This document shows positions 49,888 to 60,198 of a stretch of 64,000 nt of DNA, one piece after another. The notes beneath the pieces were generated by a model. It did not search any database. It had not been told where the DNA came from and saw nothing but the letters and a program-made list of their open reading frames with translations. The translations under genes and the position numbers were made by a program. This DNA comes from Ignavibacteriota bacterium (lineage in GTDB: Bacteria; Bacteroidota; Ignavibacteria; Palsa-1295), in the NCBI GenBank assembly GCA_963787835.1, contig CAWBEI010000003.1, positions 416,001-480,000 of the forward strand. Reading direction: 5' to 3'. How positions within the stretch are numbered: position 1 is the first letter of the stretch; each line of letters starts with the position of its first letter.

Positions 49888-50997
49888 TTATCTATTGATC
49901 AATTTTGTATTATCCTCTACTCTAGACACGATCGCAAAAAGCTTCAGCATTTCCGCAACCTCGGGAAGGAACTGAACATTGCATGGCACCCCGATGTACG
50001 CGCCTTGTAAAACCGGTTTTCCTTTGAGATCATAGCGCGAATAGAATCCGTGGGCTGCAATATCATCCGGCGTTCGGTTATTGGCAAAGAAGGCTATAAA
50101 TTTCTCGGCAAGCGCTTTGTACTTTGCCTGATGCGTTGCAGAATAAAAATGGAGGAGTCCATCTGCAAGATCACCGATGTCCGTTGGGTTGCGCTCGCCG
50201 GTGCCATCATGATGAAGCAATGCAAGACCACCAGCCACAGCAGAATCCTCGAGTTCCATCGCGCGATCTCGAAAAGAGTCTTCTTTTGAAACTTCGAACA
50301 CCGTTAGAGCTGCATCTGCAGCGACCATCATGTCACGAGGGAAAAAACCTACTTGCGGGGTATGCAGAGCTCTAAGGGAAGCCAAAACCCATTGCCGATA
50401 GACGGCTTCATGCGTAACCCGATACAACCGCGCCGCAGCAAGTGCACCGTATGCGGTACTAACCCCGTTGGGACGCCGGTCGTTTGAATTCCACGACCAC
50501 CCTTTTGACGCTCCATCCTGCCAAAAATCCATGTTGATCAACGCATTGAAGGATGACTTGGCGGCATTGAGATATTCACTGTCTTTCGTTACTTCGTAGC
50601 AATGGACAAGTGCTGCACACCATTGGAGATCATCGTCGCCGCCGACGTAGATCTGGTCGCCTTGCCGCGCAAGAACTCGCGCACCAGAATTTCCGTCCGT
50701 CTTGCTATAGAGACCTGTTGAAGCCTGAAAATATTGCTTCAAGCCCGGAGGCTGTATGAGTCCTTCGGGAATCATGTACGCCATCCCGTCGAGCAGGATC
50801 GTGATTCCCCAGGCATCGCTGCCGGGAGCGCCCGGTTGATCGGCACGACGAATAAAATTGCCGGACTGCGGATTCCAAAAGTGATTCTGCAAATAAGCGC
50901 GCGTTGCAACAAGCCGGTCGTGCCAGACTTTTTTCTGAGCCTGCGAATTACTCGCAACGCCACAAACAAATATCGATACTAAGACGATTCTTCTCAT
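49888..50997 (-). CDS. GH76-like (alpha/alpha)6 glycoside hydrolase
   Basis: Signal peptide, DDLQW..AL resembling the GH76 DD motif, YL..AK, G..W, AARLY.VT. Confidence 0.65.
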   Translation of the reverse strand: MRRIVLVSIFVCGVASNSQAQKKVWHDRLVATRAYLQNHFWNPQSGNFIRRADQPGAPGSDAWGITILLDGMAYMIPEGLIQPPGLKQYFQASTGLYSKTDGNSGARVLARQGDQIYVGGDDDLQWCAALVHCYEVTKDSEYLNAAKSSFNALINMDFWQDGASKGWSWNSNDRRPNGVSTAYGALAAARLYRVTHEAVYRQWVLASLRALHTPQVGFFPRDMMVAADAALTVFEVSKEDSFRDRAMELEDSAVAGGLALLHHDGTGERNPTDIGDLADGLLHFYSATHQAKYKALAEKFIAFFANNRTPDDIAAHGFYSRYDLKGKPVLQGAYIGVPCNVQFLPEVAEMLKLFAIVSRVEDNTKLINR

Positions 50998-51017
50998 AGT
51001 TGGTGTTTATCAAACGA

Positions 51018-52245
51018 ATGACAAAGTACATACATTTCGCGATAGCTTGCTTTCTCTCCTTTTCGGCCCACGCTCAGGTAAGAACCGGGCTGGATAATCT
51101 GATTGTGCAAGGTTACGCGCCTATTAAAGGGAAGCATGTGGGCCTTATCACAAACCAGACCGGGCGCACGAGCGATGGCCGGTTCGGCCCCGATGTGTTA
51201 GCAAAGTCAAAGGTTTTCACGCTCACGGCACTGTTCGCGCCGGAGCATGGACTGATGGGTACGCGGCAGGCGGGCGTTTAATAGCGATACGCTCGAACAT
51301 TTTCAGGGAATTCCCGTCTATTCGCTGTATGGTGTTACGCGCAAACCTACGCGAACGATGCTGAAGGGCATCGATGCGCTCGTCTTCGATATTCAGGATG
51401 TGGGAGTTCGCCCATATACGTTTCTCTCAACGATGATCCTTGCGATGGAAGCGGCAGCGGAAAATAAGATCCCGTTCTATGTGCTCGACCGCCCGAATCC
51501 GCTTTCGGGGGAACGGATCGAAGGAAATATCCTCGATACTGCACTGAAAAGTTTTGTAGGGATCATTCCAGTTCCCTATCTGCATGGCATGACGCTTGGC
51601 GAACTGGCGAAGATGGCACAAGCAAAGGGATGGTTTCATCATGCTGCCGCATTAAAGCTGACGGTTATTCCGATGACCGGCTGGAAGCGTTCGATGTACT
51701 GGAATGAAACAGGCCTGACGTGGACGCCCTCCAGCCCGAACGTCCCAAGTTTCGAAAGCGCAGTTGGGCTTGCAATGCTTGGCGCCACCGGCGAGCTTGG
51801 GATCCTTTCCGTCGGGCTTGGGAGCGATCTGCCGTTTCTGCGGCTTGGTTCGACGCTTATGAGCGCCGGTGAAATTCTTAGGATCGCTGACACCGCCTAT
51901 TCCGGTTCGTTTCCTTTGGTTACCGACGTCTATACCGCGACCACCAGCGCAGGAACGAAGACGTATCAGGGCGTAAAGATCATACTGCCCAAGGATCTAA
52001 AAAAGATCCCATCGCTCTATGAGGGCCAGTTTCGGGCTATCGAAGAAATGCTTCACGATACCGCGTTCCGTGCGGCATTCGATGCCATGCCCTACTCGGT
52101 GAACACCATGTTCGAAAAAGTGACTGGCGAACGAACCATTATCGAATCGCTGCGCAGGTGTGTTAGTCTCGATACCATCTTCGACCGCTGGAATACGGAT
52201 GCCGAAAGATTTCGCGCCGAACGAAAGCCCTGGCTGATCTATTAG
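51018..52245 (+). CDS. DUF1343 / NamZ-like exo-beta-N-acetylmuramidase, split by a +1 frameshift at 51277-51279
   Basis: VGLITNQTG, LFAPEHG, then in the next frame PVYSLYG..RKP, FDIQDVG.R.YT, VLDRPNP, HGMTLGELA, SPNVP. Confidence 0.88.
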
Positions 52246-52271
52246 AACTATTCGACCGACTTCACCTCATT

Positions 52272-53351
52272 TCATCGAGATATCTGAACCTTCGTTGATT
52301 GATTCCCTAATCGTAGAAAATACGTTCCAGGATCAAGATGAGATACATCCAGCGTAGCGGTCGTGCCATCGTCTGAGGCATTCATGCGCTCCCGGCCCAT
52401 AATATCGAAGAGGTGAACCGTGCCGGGTTGACCGCCGAGAACTTGGAGTTCATCCGAAACCGGGTTCGGGAAGACTTTAATTTGATCGTTCAAGATTGCG
52501 ACATCACTCACTGAGGATGCAGGATAGACCTTATATTCAAAGCTCCATGTCAAATAATGGCCATCTGTTGAATGAAAAATAAGATAATGATGTCTTAAAC
52601 CGGTAGTATCAACAACCTTAGGTGTAAATACATAATTAAAAACGAGCGAATCCTCACTTGGCATTGAATATGGCAAATGAGGGAACGGATCGAAGGAGAA
52701 TTCGGAAAAGTCTCCAACCTCATAGATCGAATCAATGGTTGCACCACCGCATGAGTGGAGTGATACTGGTTGATTATAAATCCCACCATTTTCACTCGGT
52801 GCGGCTCCCACATAATATATCTCATTACCACCCGGCATTAGCTGGTCGTGCATTGTATCGGTTAATTCATCCAAGTTATAGTCTCCAAAACCATTACCGT
52901 CAACAAAATACGCTGTCGTCTTGGTGTGGCCGTACAATGCGAGATTGGGACTACTCCGAGCGTGAAAGATGATCGTGGCCGTTGCGGTGAATTGTCCGTT
53001 ATAATACACAGTCTCATGAATGGTATCGTCTCCTGCACGAGTCGGAGCAAAACCGGCATTTCCACCCACAGAAACATCATTCAGGACAAAGTTAGGTATT
53101 ACTATTACTTGTTGATCCGGAAAGACCGATGGATCGCCTGACGGAACTATCGAGTCGATTGTAAGAGGGACGCTCGGATTCAAGTTTAGAAGTCCGTACT
53201 GAACCGAAACATAACTCTCAGGTTGACCGTCACAAACATAGCCTATTTGACCGGTATCGTTATAAGATGTAATATAAAGCTTCCCAGCTTGTTGAGCTTT
53301 TGTAATCGTTGTGGCAAAAAGAAGAATTAGCAAAATACTAAGTGGTTTCAT
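52272..53351 (-). CDS. T9SS-secreted hypothetical protein
   Basis: Signal peptide; C-terminal VFPNP..LFDIMGR..LDVSHLDPGTYFLRL. Confidence 0.85.
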   Translation of the reverse strand: MKPLSILLILLFATTITKAQQAGKLYITSYNDTGQIGYVCDGQPESYVSVQYGLLNLNPSVPLTIDSIVPSGDPSVFPDQQVIVIPNFVLNDVSVGGNAGFAPTRAGDDTIHETVYYNGQFTATATIIFHARSSPNLALYGHTKTTAYFVDGNGFGDYNLDELTDTMHDQLMPGGNEIYYVGAAPSENGGIYNQPVSLHSCGGATIDSIYEVGDFSEFSFDPFPHLPYSMPSEDSLVFNYVFTPKVVDTTGLRHHYLIFHSTDGHYLTWSFEYKVYPASSVSDVAILNDQIKVFPNPVSDELQVLGGQPGTVHLFDIMGRERMNASDDGTTATLDVSHLDPGTYFLRLGNQSTKVQISR

Positions 53352-53539
53352 GATTTATCCTCAAGAAATACCGCGTGCATCCTAATAATATGCATTGGAG
53401 CTATGAGTTATGTTCAATTTTGATCTATGATGGTCATTAATAAACATCATTGATACCACTTCTTGTAAACCCTTCTTTCATTAGAAATAATTACGACAAA
53501 AGGAACCAACCTTATTAAGACTTAGTCTTAGTAGCCAAA

Positions 53540-54847
53540 TTGAAAGAAACCATAAAAATTACAGAGCCACAGGCCGGAAATCCGTTTGCGCCCCCTGAGG
53601 GAAGCACACAGCGGCAAAAACTTGGCCGCATTGGCCTTTTGCTGGCTGTTATCGGGCCGGGGCTGATGGTCATGCTTGCCGATACCGACGCCGGCAGCAT
53701 CATCACGGCGGCGCAGTCCGGCGCGGAATGGGGATATACGATGATCCTCCCCCAGCTTTTGCTCATCCCGATCCTCTATATTGTGCAGGAGATCACCGTC
53801 CGGCTTGGCGTGGTGACCGGCAAGGGACATGGCGAGCTTATCCGCGAGCATTTCGGCATGAGTTGGGCCATGCTTTCGGTTATCACGCTTTTTGTCGCGT
53901 GCGTCGGCGCATTAGTGACGGAGTTCGCCGGTATCGCCGGAGTTGCCGAGATGTTCCATATTCCCGTGTGGGTGAGCGTCCCAACGGTAACGATATTACT
54001 TGTACTTGTCGGGCTAAGTGGAAGCTACCGCAGAGTAGAAAAGATCGGCCTTGCCGTTGGCCTGCTGGAATTGCTGTTCATCGTTGCAGCCATCATGGCA
54101 AAACCGGATCTATCCGAAATGGCGCATGGAATGGTACGTTTCCCAGTTCGTGATGGGAATTATATGTTCCTGCTTGCGGCGAACGTCGGCGCTGTGATCA
54201 TGCCGTGGATGGTCTTTTATCAGCAGGGGGCAGTCATCGATAAAAAACTGTTTAGTCACCACATGAGGCTGGTGCGCTGGGATACAAAGATCGGCGCAGT
54301 GCTAACGCAGATCATTATGATAGCAGTGGTGATCGTTGCCGCTGTTGGCATTCATGCGACAAGCCCCAATGCGACGCTGAACGATGTAAAGGATATCAGC
54401 CATGCGCTTGTGCCCGTGCTTGGCAAAGCAAGCGGCGTCGTGTTGTTCGGACTTGGTATGGCCGGAGCATCATTTCTCGCAGCGATCGTGGTGTCGCTGG
54501 CTGGCGCGTGGGGATTGACCGAGGCGCTCGGCATGAAACGCAGCCTCGATATGCCCTTCAAAAAAGCCAAGGGATTTTACAGCGTTTATACGCTCGCACA
54601 TATTGGCGGCGCAACGATCGTGCTGCTGGGCATTCCGCTCGTCAATTTGATGATCGATGTCGAGGTGATGAATGCCGCGCTGCTGCCGATCGTGCTGGGG
54701 TTCCTCATCCTGCTCGAAATGAAAGCGCTGCCGAAAGAATACAAGATGCATGGCACTCGCAAATACATCGCCTGGACGCTAACGGGAATTACAATTCTAT
54801 TCGGGCTTTATACGGCGGGGGTGTCGCTAATGGGGGCGATGGGTTAG
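53540..54847 (+). CDS. NRAMP-family divalent cation transporter, NrmT (Mg2+)-type motifs
   Basis: GPGL.VMLADTDAG in place of DPGN, QE...RLG.VTG.G, GAVIMPW..FYQ. Confidence 0.85.
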   Translation: MKETIKITEPQAGNPFAPPEGSTQRQKLGRIGLLLAVIGPGLMVMLADTDAGSIITAAQSGAEWGYTMILPQLLLIPILYIVQEITVRLGVVTGKGHGELIREHFGMSWAMLSVITLFVACVGALVTEFAGIAGVAEMFHIPVWVSVPTVTILLVLVGLSGSYRRVEKIGLAVGLLELLFIVAAIMAKPDLSEMAHGMVRFPVRDGNYMFLLAANVGAVIMPWMVFYQQGAVIDKKLFSHHMRLVRWDTKIGAVLTQIIMIAVVIVAAVGIHATSPNATLNDVKDISHALVPVLGKASGVVLFGLGMAGASFLAAIVVSLAGAWGLTEALGMKRSLDMPFKKAKGFYSVYTLAHIGGATIVLLGIPLVNLMIDVEVMNAALLPIVLGFLILLEMKALPKEYKMHGTRKYIAWTLTGITILFGLYTAGVSLMGAMG

Positions 54848-54872
54848 AGAGAAGTATGGGAATCGGGAATCT

Positions 54873-55094
54873 TCATATCCGGTCTTCCTCTTCGCGATAG
54901 ACCTCGGTATCGATCCCTTTTGCGAACCCGCGCAACGCACGAACATCCCGGCGATAAGCCTCTGCTTCATCAATGGCGACAAGCTTTGCAAGCGGTTTGT
55001 TATGCTCTGTGAGAAAAACTTCCTCGCCATTGGCCGCCAAGTGTACAAGCGCGGAAAGATCGGCTTTGGCTGCTTCTATCGAATAGGTTTGCAT
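54873..55094 (-). CDS. Phd/YefM-family antitoxin, no intact toxin
   Basis: AKADLSALV..A.NGEEV.LT..NKPLAKLV. Confidence 0.85.
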   Translation of the reverse strand: MQTYSIEAAKADLSALVHLAANGEEVFLTEHNKPLAKLVAIDEAEAYRRDVRALRGFAKGIDTEVYREEEDRI

Positions 55095-55144
55095 GTATTT
55101 TTAACAGTCATGCTTGACGCTTCGTGCCGATGCCAATTCCCCTT

Positions 55145-55744
55145 TTAGTATCTCACCTCAACCACAACTGCCCCACCATAGCTTGGCTGAAATGCGCTGA
55201 TAGTATAGAACAGCAGCGCGCCAATTCCGAGATACCGGATCGGCTCATAGATCGCCTGCAACTGAATAGGCAGTCCGGGCGAGATTTGTGTAGTGTTGAA
55301 ATTCGAGTCAGGAAAGACGGGCTTTCTAAAACGGGAATTTGTTTGATAGGCGCTGAGGCAAATTCCCGCAGAAATGCTGGCATGAAATAATTCCGAAGCC
55401 CCGGCATAATGCTGAAGCGCGCCATCGTATGCAATGCCATAGAGCAGATCGAATTCTGAATAAGTCCTGCGTGGGAATCCGCGCGAATTAGAACTACTTG
55501 AAAGAAATCCGGCCGTAAGCACGCTTGGCGCAAACTCACGACTTATACTACCGATATAGGTTCGGGGAGTAAGCCCACCAAGGCCACCATCAGCGCCGTA
55601 ACCAAAAAGTAGCCGGTATCGAGGTTCCGGCGGCTGTTTATATGGTTGGACTCCAATACCTGAATATGCATTCTGATCGAACGGCTGCGCTCGAAGTGCA
55701 CCGAACGAAATAAAGCATACTATCGCAATGATCCCTTTGACCAT
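55145..55744 (-). CDS. Hypothetical outer-membrane beta-barrel protein
   Basis: Signal peptide, alternating amphipathic strands, terminal Tyr. Confidence 0.65.
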   Translation of the reverse strand: MVKGIIAIVCFISFGALRAQPFDQNAYSGIGVQPYKQPPEPRYRLLFGYGADGGLGGLTPRTYIGSISREFAPSVLTAGFLSSSSNSRGFPRRTYSEFDLLYGIAYDGALQHYAGASELFHASISAGICLSAYQTNSRFRKPVFPDSNFNTTQISPGLPIQLQAIYEPIRYLGIGALLFYTISAFQPSYGGAVVVEVRY

Positions 55745-55763
55745 ACAGGCCTGATTTTTCACC

Positions 55764-55799
55764 AAAAAAAGAACCCGCTCCCGTTGCCGGTCGCGGGCC
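55764..55799 (-). terminator. Intrinsic terminator after the BatA-domain gene
   Basis: Minus strand CCCGC..GCGGG followed by TTCTTTTTTT. Confidence 0.55.
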
Positions 55800-55866
55800 T
55801 TTGAGGGAAGACCTGATTTACCCCGAATATGATGTAGTTATTTGGACGCATGGCATTTGAAATGGT

Positions 55867-58110
55867 TTAATTTGCTCCAACGACGGCTTGTTTTCCTGCA
55901 CTTCTGCCTTCACGCGCGAGCAGGAGTTCGATCAACGCAAGAACCAGTGCCGCCCATAAGAAGGACTGCCATAATTCCACACCATAACGAGACTGCTCGA
56001 TCGTTTTATCCAAATCTTTATCTTCGGAAGCAAGCTGCACAATTAGCGGTTTCGCATTGCTCATCCGAGCGGCAAGATATTCCTTCATCTCTTTAAGTGA
56101 CGCAGCGCGAAGATCGGACTCATCGGACTGAATATTTACCGCGAACGCACCAACCGGTACCTGAGCCGCTGCGTCGCGGAACACCGTGTAGTTGCCTGCC
56201 ACGAGGGCATCGTCAAAACGTAATTGTGGCTTGCCATCCGCATTGATCGAGATGGGTACACGGGAACTGCTGCCATCCGGCGCTTGCACAAGGACGGTTG
56301 CGCCGGCCTGCTCGCCCGCCAACGCTGGCAATTGTACATCGAAGGGTTCCGTGGTCACGAAATTCTTCGTCTGGCTTTCATCCAGCGAAGCTTGAATGGC
56401 GCAGGCGTATGCAGCGGTCCGCCGAATGAGCGGCAAAAAAATGCTCTTCTGAGGAAAATCGCTGTAGGCCATTGTCGGCGGAATGTTGTAAAGAAGAATA
56501 TCTCCCTTCCCCATTTTTGCTTCGAGGAGAAATGCAGATCCGTTTGATAATTTGATGAGCGGCAAACCAGCGTTTCCAGCAAGTGCATAGGATTCAAATA
56601 TCTTCGGCGACGAAATCCCCTGTAATGCAGAACTATTGCTCGGCGTGGATTCGAACATTCCGGCGAAGAATGGATGCGAGAATTCCATCTTCGCGAAGCT
56701 AAGATAATGCGTGGCATCGTTAGGTGCGCCATCCTTCCTCGTGATATCCGGGAGCGAAAGCGAGACAAGATCGTGGTCGATCGGATTAATATCGATCCCT
56801 GACATGAGAAAGATCGCCGCGCCATGCCCACTCGCCACAAAACCTTTGAGGCCATTCAGATCGCTCTCGTTCAATGCTTGCGGACCAAGCTCCACCATAA
56901 TCCCATCGTAATGTCCGGCATTTGCTGATAAGCTTCGCAGTTCTTCCAGGGGTTTTACCTCTGTTTCAAACGGCAACGAGCCTTGGGTACCAGAAAGCGT
57001 TTGCTCCAGCGCTAGTTTTATAAAAGTTACATTTGATGGGTCCTGAGTAAAGATCCCAATTCGCCGAGAGAGCGGTACCGTAATAACAGCAAAACGCTTA
57101 TTATCGAATGGGAGCGCGTCTGGCTCCAACTCCGCGTGGATTTCGACCGTGCCAGATCCGCGCGCCGGTCCATCCATTTGAACATGCTGCGATTCATTAC
57201 CCGCCACAAATGGAATTGTTTTTTGCGCCACACGGTCACTATTGTAAAAAAGCGAGAGCACTACATTCTGCGCCGGTTCCTCTGTGGTATTGCGTACCCA
57301 CGCTTCAAACTGAATTGGCCGGCCGGGTTCGAAGATCGTGGTAACGGCTTTTAGCGAATCGAGTGAAAGATTTCTGCCCGTGATATGCTCGCCATTCCCA
57401 AGCGTCATCGTAAAAAGTTTTGTTGTAGCATCAAAGAGCTTCGTCACAGGGCTGGAATCGGAGTTTGAGATCGATCCTGCATTCTCGTCGCGTAGATTTC
57501 GAGCCTGATCGTCGGAGAATAAATATACTTCCTTGTTCACATTGTGGGAACCGGACAACACACTGCTCGCCATGCGAAGCCCATCGGAAAGTAGAGCTGG
57601 CCGATCGGCAATGCGTACATCGGCGATCGCGGCAAGTACTTCCTGTTTGGTATGCACGGAATGATAGGAGACATTCCGACCGATCGAGGCTAATGGGATT
57701 ATCGTTGCTTCGTCACCATCTGCCAATACCTTCACAATATCGGATGCGGCATCCTTTGCCTGCTTGAGTAACTCCCCATGATCATCCGAACGCGACATGC
57801 TTGCAGAATTATCGATGAGAAACACCATCGACGTATTGGCATGGGACGAGCCAAAAAAACTTCCGAGATATCCCTTTATGGCGGGACGGGCAAATGCGAG
57901 CACAAGCGCAGCAATAAGCATCGTCCGCACAATGAGCAATAACAACTGCCGTATCTTGACGGCGCGCATGGAAGTTTTTTCAAGCTTCTGCAGGAACCGG
58001 AGGGAACTGAATTCTACGCGGCGTGATCGACGCCGGGCGAACAGATGGAACAGCACCGGCAAACTTGCCGCCGCAAGTCCAAATAAAAAGAAAGGGTTTA
58101 GAAAGTTCAT
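55867..58110 (-). CDS. BatA-domain / VWA protein
   Basis: MNFLNPFFLFGL..PVLFHL..FSSLRFL, LAFARP, DNSASMS MIDAS, C-terminal TM. Confidence 0.9.
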   Translation of the reverse strand: MNFLNPFFLFGLAAASLPVLFHLFARRRSRRVEFSSLRFLQKLEKTSMRAVKIRQLLLLIVRTMLIAALVLAFARPAIKGYLGSFFGSSHANTSMVFLIDNSASMSRSDDHGELLKQAKDAASDIVKVLADGDEATIIPLASIGRNVSYHSVHTKQEVLAAIADVRIADRPALLSDGLRMASSVLSGSHNVNKEVYLFSDDQARNLRDENAGSISNSDSSPVTKLFDATTKLFTMTLGNGEHITGRNLSLDSLKAVTTIFEPGRPIQFEAWVRNTTEEPAQNVVLSLFYNSDRVAQKTIPFVAGNESQHVQMDGPARGSGTVEIHAELEPDALPFDNKRFAVITVPLSRRIGIFTQDPSNVTFIKLALEQTLSGTQGSLPFETEVKPLEELRSLSANAGHYDGIMVELGPQALNESDLNGLKGFVASGHGAAIFLMSGIDINPIDHDLVSLSLPDITRKDGAPNDATHYLSFAKMEFSHPFFAGMFESTPSNSSALQGISSPKIFESYALAGNAGLPLIKLSNGSAFLLEAKMGKGDILLYNIPPTMAYSDFPQKSIFLPLIRRTAAYACAIQASLDESQTKNFVTTEPFDVQLPALAGEQAGATVLVQAPDGSSSRVPISINADGKPQLRFDDALVAGNYTVFRDAAAQVPVGAFAVNIQSDESDLRAASLKEMKEYLAARMSNAKPLIVQLASEDKDLDKTIEQSRYGVELWQSFLWAALVLALIELLLAREGRSAGKQAVVGAN

Positions 58111-58128
58111 GGCCTTGCCCCTGAACGG

Positions 58129-60186
58129 TCAATGAATAACCACAACAGGAACGGTCGATGCTTTGCCTGACACACTGATAAACTCAATATAATATGCTCC
58201 ATTGGCAAGTTGTGACATCGGTACTCGAATGACTGATGGCCCCTGAGAACGATCACCCATTACTTTTTTCCCGGCAGGATCAACGAGCTGCCATTCCCCG
58301 GCAGCACTGATATTCAATTCAAATTCCGAAGAGCACGGATTCGGAAACGCCTCGATCTGGGATGACAAATTATTTAAGCCTTCGCTGTGAACATCCGCAG
58401 GTGGGGGCATCAACGGGAGGGTAAGCATATTCCAGCCAGATAGCGGGTTAACCGTTGTATCACCGGAACCCTCGACCACCGATATTCGGTAATAAATATG
58501 AGTTCCAAGATCATTGATTGCTGCTTGACCTTGAGCAGCAGTACAAGAATAGATCAGAGAGTCCTCGGCAAGATGGAACTGCGCCTCGCGTGGGTTGATA
58601 TCGCTATCGCCGAAATACGTGAGCGTTACGTGCTCAATAGGATACTTCGAGGCAATTCCTGCACATAAATGGAATGCGGTATCTACCCAGCTATGCATGG
58701 GATGGATTATCGTTCCGAGTTCCAATGCGGCAGCATAGGCATTGAGCTTTCCCCATCCATAGGCGGTATCGGGATCAGCCGCATTATTGCCAGTCACCAT
58801 CACAGCATGGCGGATCTGCTGCGCGGTTGCTTCCGGATGAGCCTGCTGGATGAGACAACACGAGCCGGAGGTGAGCGGCGTGGCGAAGCTGGTACCATCG
58901 AGCGAACCAAAGTCTCCAAGCGGGCCCTGCGCCCAAACTGCAACGCCCGGAGCGCAAATATCCGGTTTTATCCGCCCATCGAAAGTGGGGCCACGCGAGG
59001 AAAAACCAGCGATCGTGTCATCGACATCAAGCGCGCCGCAGGCAAGAATACTATCCGCATCACCGGGCGCCCATACATAAGGATAGGCGGTATCGCCACC
59101 GCCATTCCCCATCGCGGTGACTACAAGTACTCCAAGCTTTGCGGCACGTTCGACGGATTGTGTACAGATCGCGGTTTGGCCATTCATATCGGCATAGGTG
59201 TAGCTATGTTGGCCGGAATCAAAGGTAAAATAACCGAGGGAACTCGTTGTTATTTGCACGCCGCGTGCTTCGAAATCTTCGAGCGCTTCTGCATAATTAT
59301 CTTCTTCGATGTTGTGCTCATAATCGGTGTTTTCCGTATGCGCGATCATGACCGAAGCTTTGTATGCTGGACCGATGAGCGTATCCGGAAGGTATCCCAT
59401 AGCCGTCGAAAGAGTTTCGGTGCCATGTTGATCCTGTGGATTAGCAACGCTCGAATCATGGAATACATAATCGTATTGAAACAAGACATTTGTGTTATCG
59501 AGCGACGATACGCTGAGATCGCATCCCACATCGAGATGCCCAAGCAAGATACCGGAAGCATCCAGCCCCATCGCATGAAGTGGCCATACATTGATACGAT
59601 ACATATTGATCCGATTGGTGGAACCAATATCCGTATCGCCATACGCATAGATGATCGGGTCGTAGCCACAGCCGGAATCCATTGACTCGATACCCATGTG
59701 CGGCTCCGAATGAAAAATTTCCGGATCCATTTTGTGCATGACCGACATTGGCTGCGCTGACGCCAAATGAGCATAGCCGACTGGAGACAATCGCCGCACA
59801 AACGGCAATGATACCACACTTTTTACTTGTTCGTTTGTGAGACTTGCACTTACAGCATTCGTCCATTTGGACTGACGCAGCACCTTAATTCCCATTGGAT
59901 AAAGTGCGGCGAGATATGTGGAACAAATCGGCGCATCTTCAATGGTAATGGTAGAAAGTTCGTCCTCTTCTAACGCTCGTGCTCGGCGAAAGAGGCACGG
60001 TAACGAAAGAGAAGCATGAGTTGCATCAAAAATAGGATTGCCTGGAACAAATTCACTGGGTAAAATTCCTTTATCGGTAAATTCGATCCAATATTTGGAT
60101 TGCGCCTGCGAAATAGTAGGACGAAACAGGATAAAAATGAAAACGATCAGCGACAGAATAATACCGACAATCCAGTTTTTACGCAT
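58129..60186 (-). CDS. S8 peptidase with T9SS CTD
   Basis: LDVG, HGT, GTSFATP, SSRGPT.DGRIKPD; FPNP..LANGAYYI. Confidence 0.92.
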   Translation of the reverse strand: MRKNWIVGIILSLIVFIFILFRPTISQAQSKYWIEFTDKGILPSEFVPGNPIFDATHASLSLPCLFRRARALEEDELSTITIEDAPICSTYLAALYPMGIKVLRQSKWTNAVSASLTNEQVKSVVSLPFVRRLSPVGYAHLASAQPMSVMHKMDPEIFHSEPHMGIESMDSGCGYDPIIYAYGDTDIGSTNRINMYRINVWPLHAMGLDASGILLGHLDVGCDLSVSSLDNTNVLFQYDYVFHDSSVANPQDQHGTETLSTAMGYLPDTLIGPAYKASVMIAHTENTDYEHNIEEDNYAEALEDFEARGVQITTSSLGYFTFDSGQHSYTYADMNGQTAICTQSVERAAKLGVLVVTAMGNGGGDTAYPYVWAPGDADSILACGALDVDDTIAGFSSRGPTFDGRIKPDICAPGVAVWAQGPLGDFGSLDGTSFATPLTSGSCCLIQQAHPEATAQQIRHAVMVTGNNAADPDTAYGWGKLNAYAAALELGTIIHPMHSWVDTAFHLCAGIASKYPIEHVTLTYFGDSDINPREAQFHLAEDSLIYSCTAAQGQAAINDLGTHIYYRISVVEGSGDTTVNPLSGWNMLTLPLMPPPADVHSEGLNNLSSQIEAFPNPCSSEFELNISAAGEWQLVDPAGKKVMGDRSQGPSVIRVPMSQLANGAYYIEFISVSGKASTVPVVVIH

Positions 60187-60198
60187 CCTAATCGAAGG

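Noticed and set aside
53352-53539. M-box or yybP-ykoY riboswitch upstream of the NRAMP gene
   Set aside because: AT-rich spacer with no recognisable conserved core.
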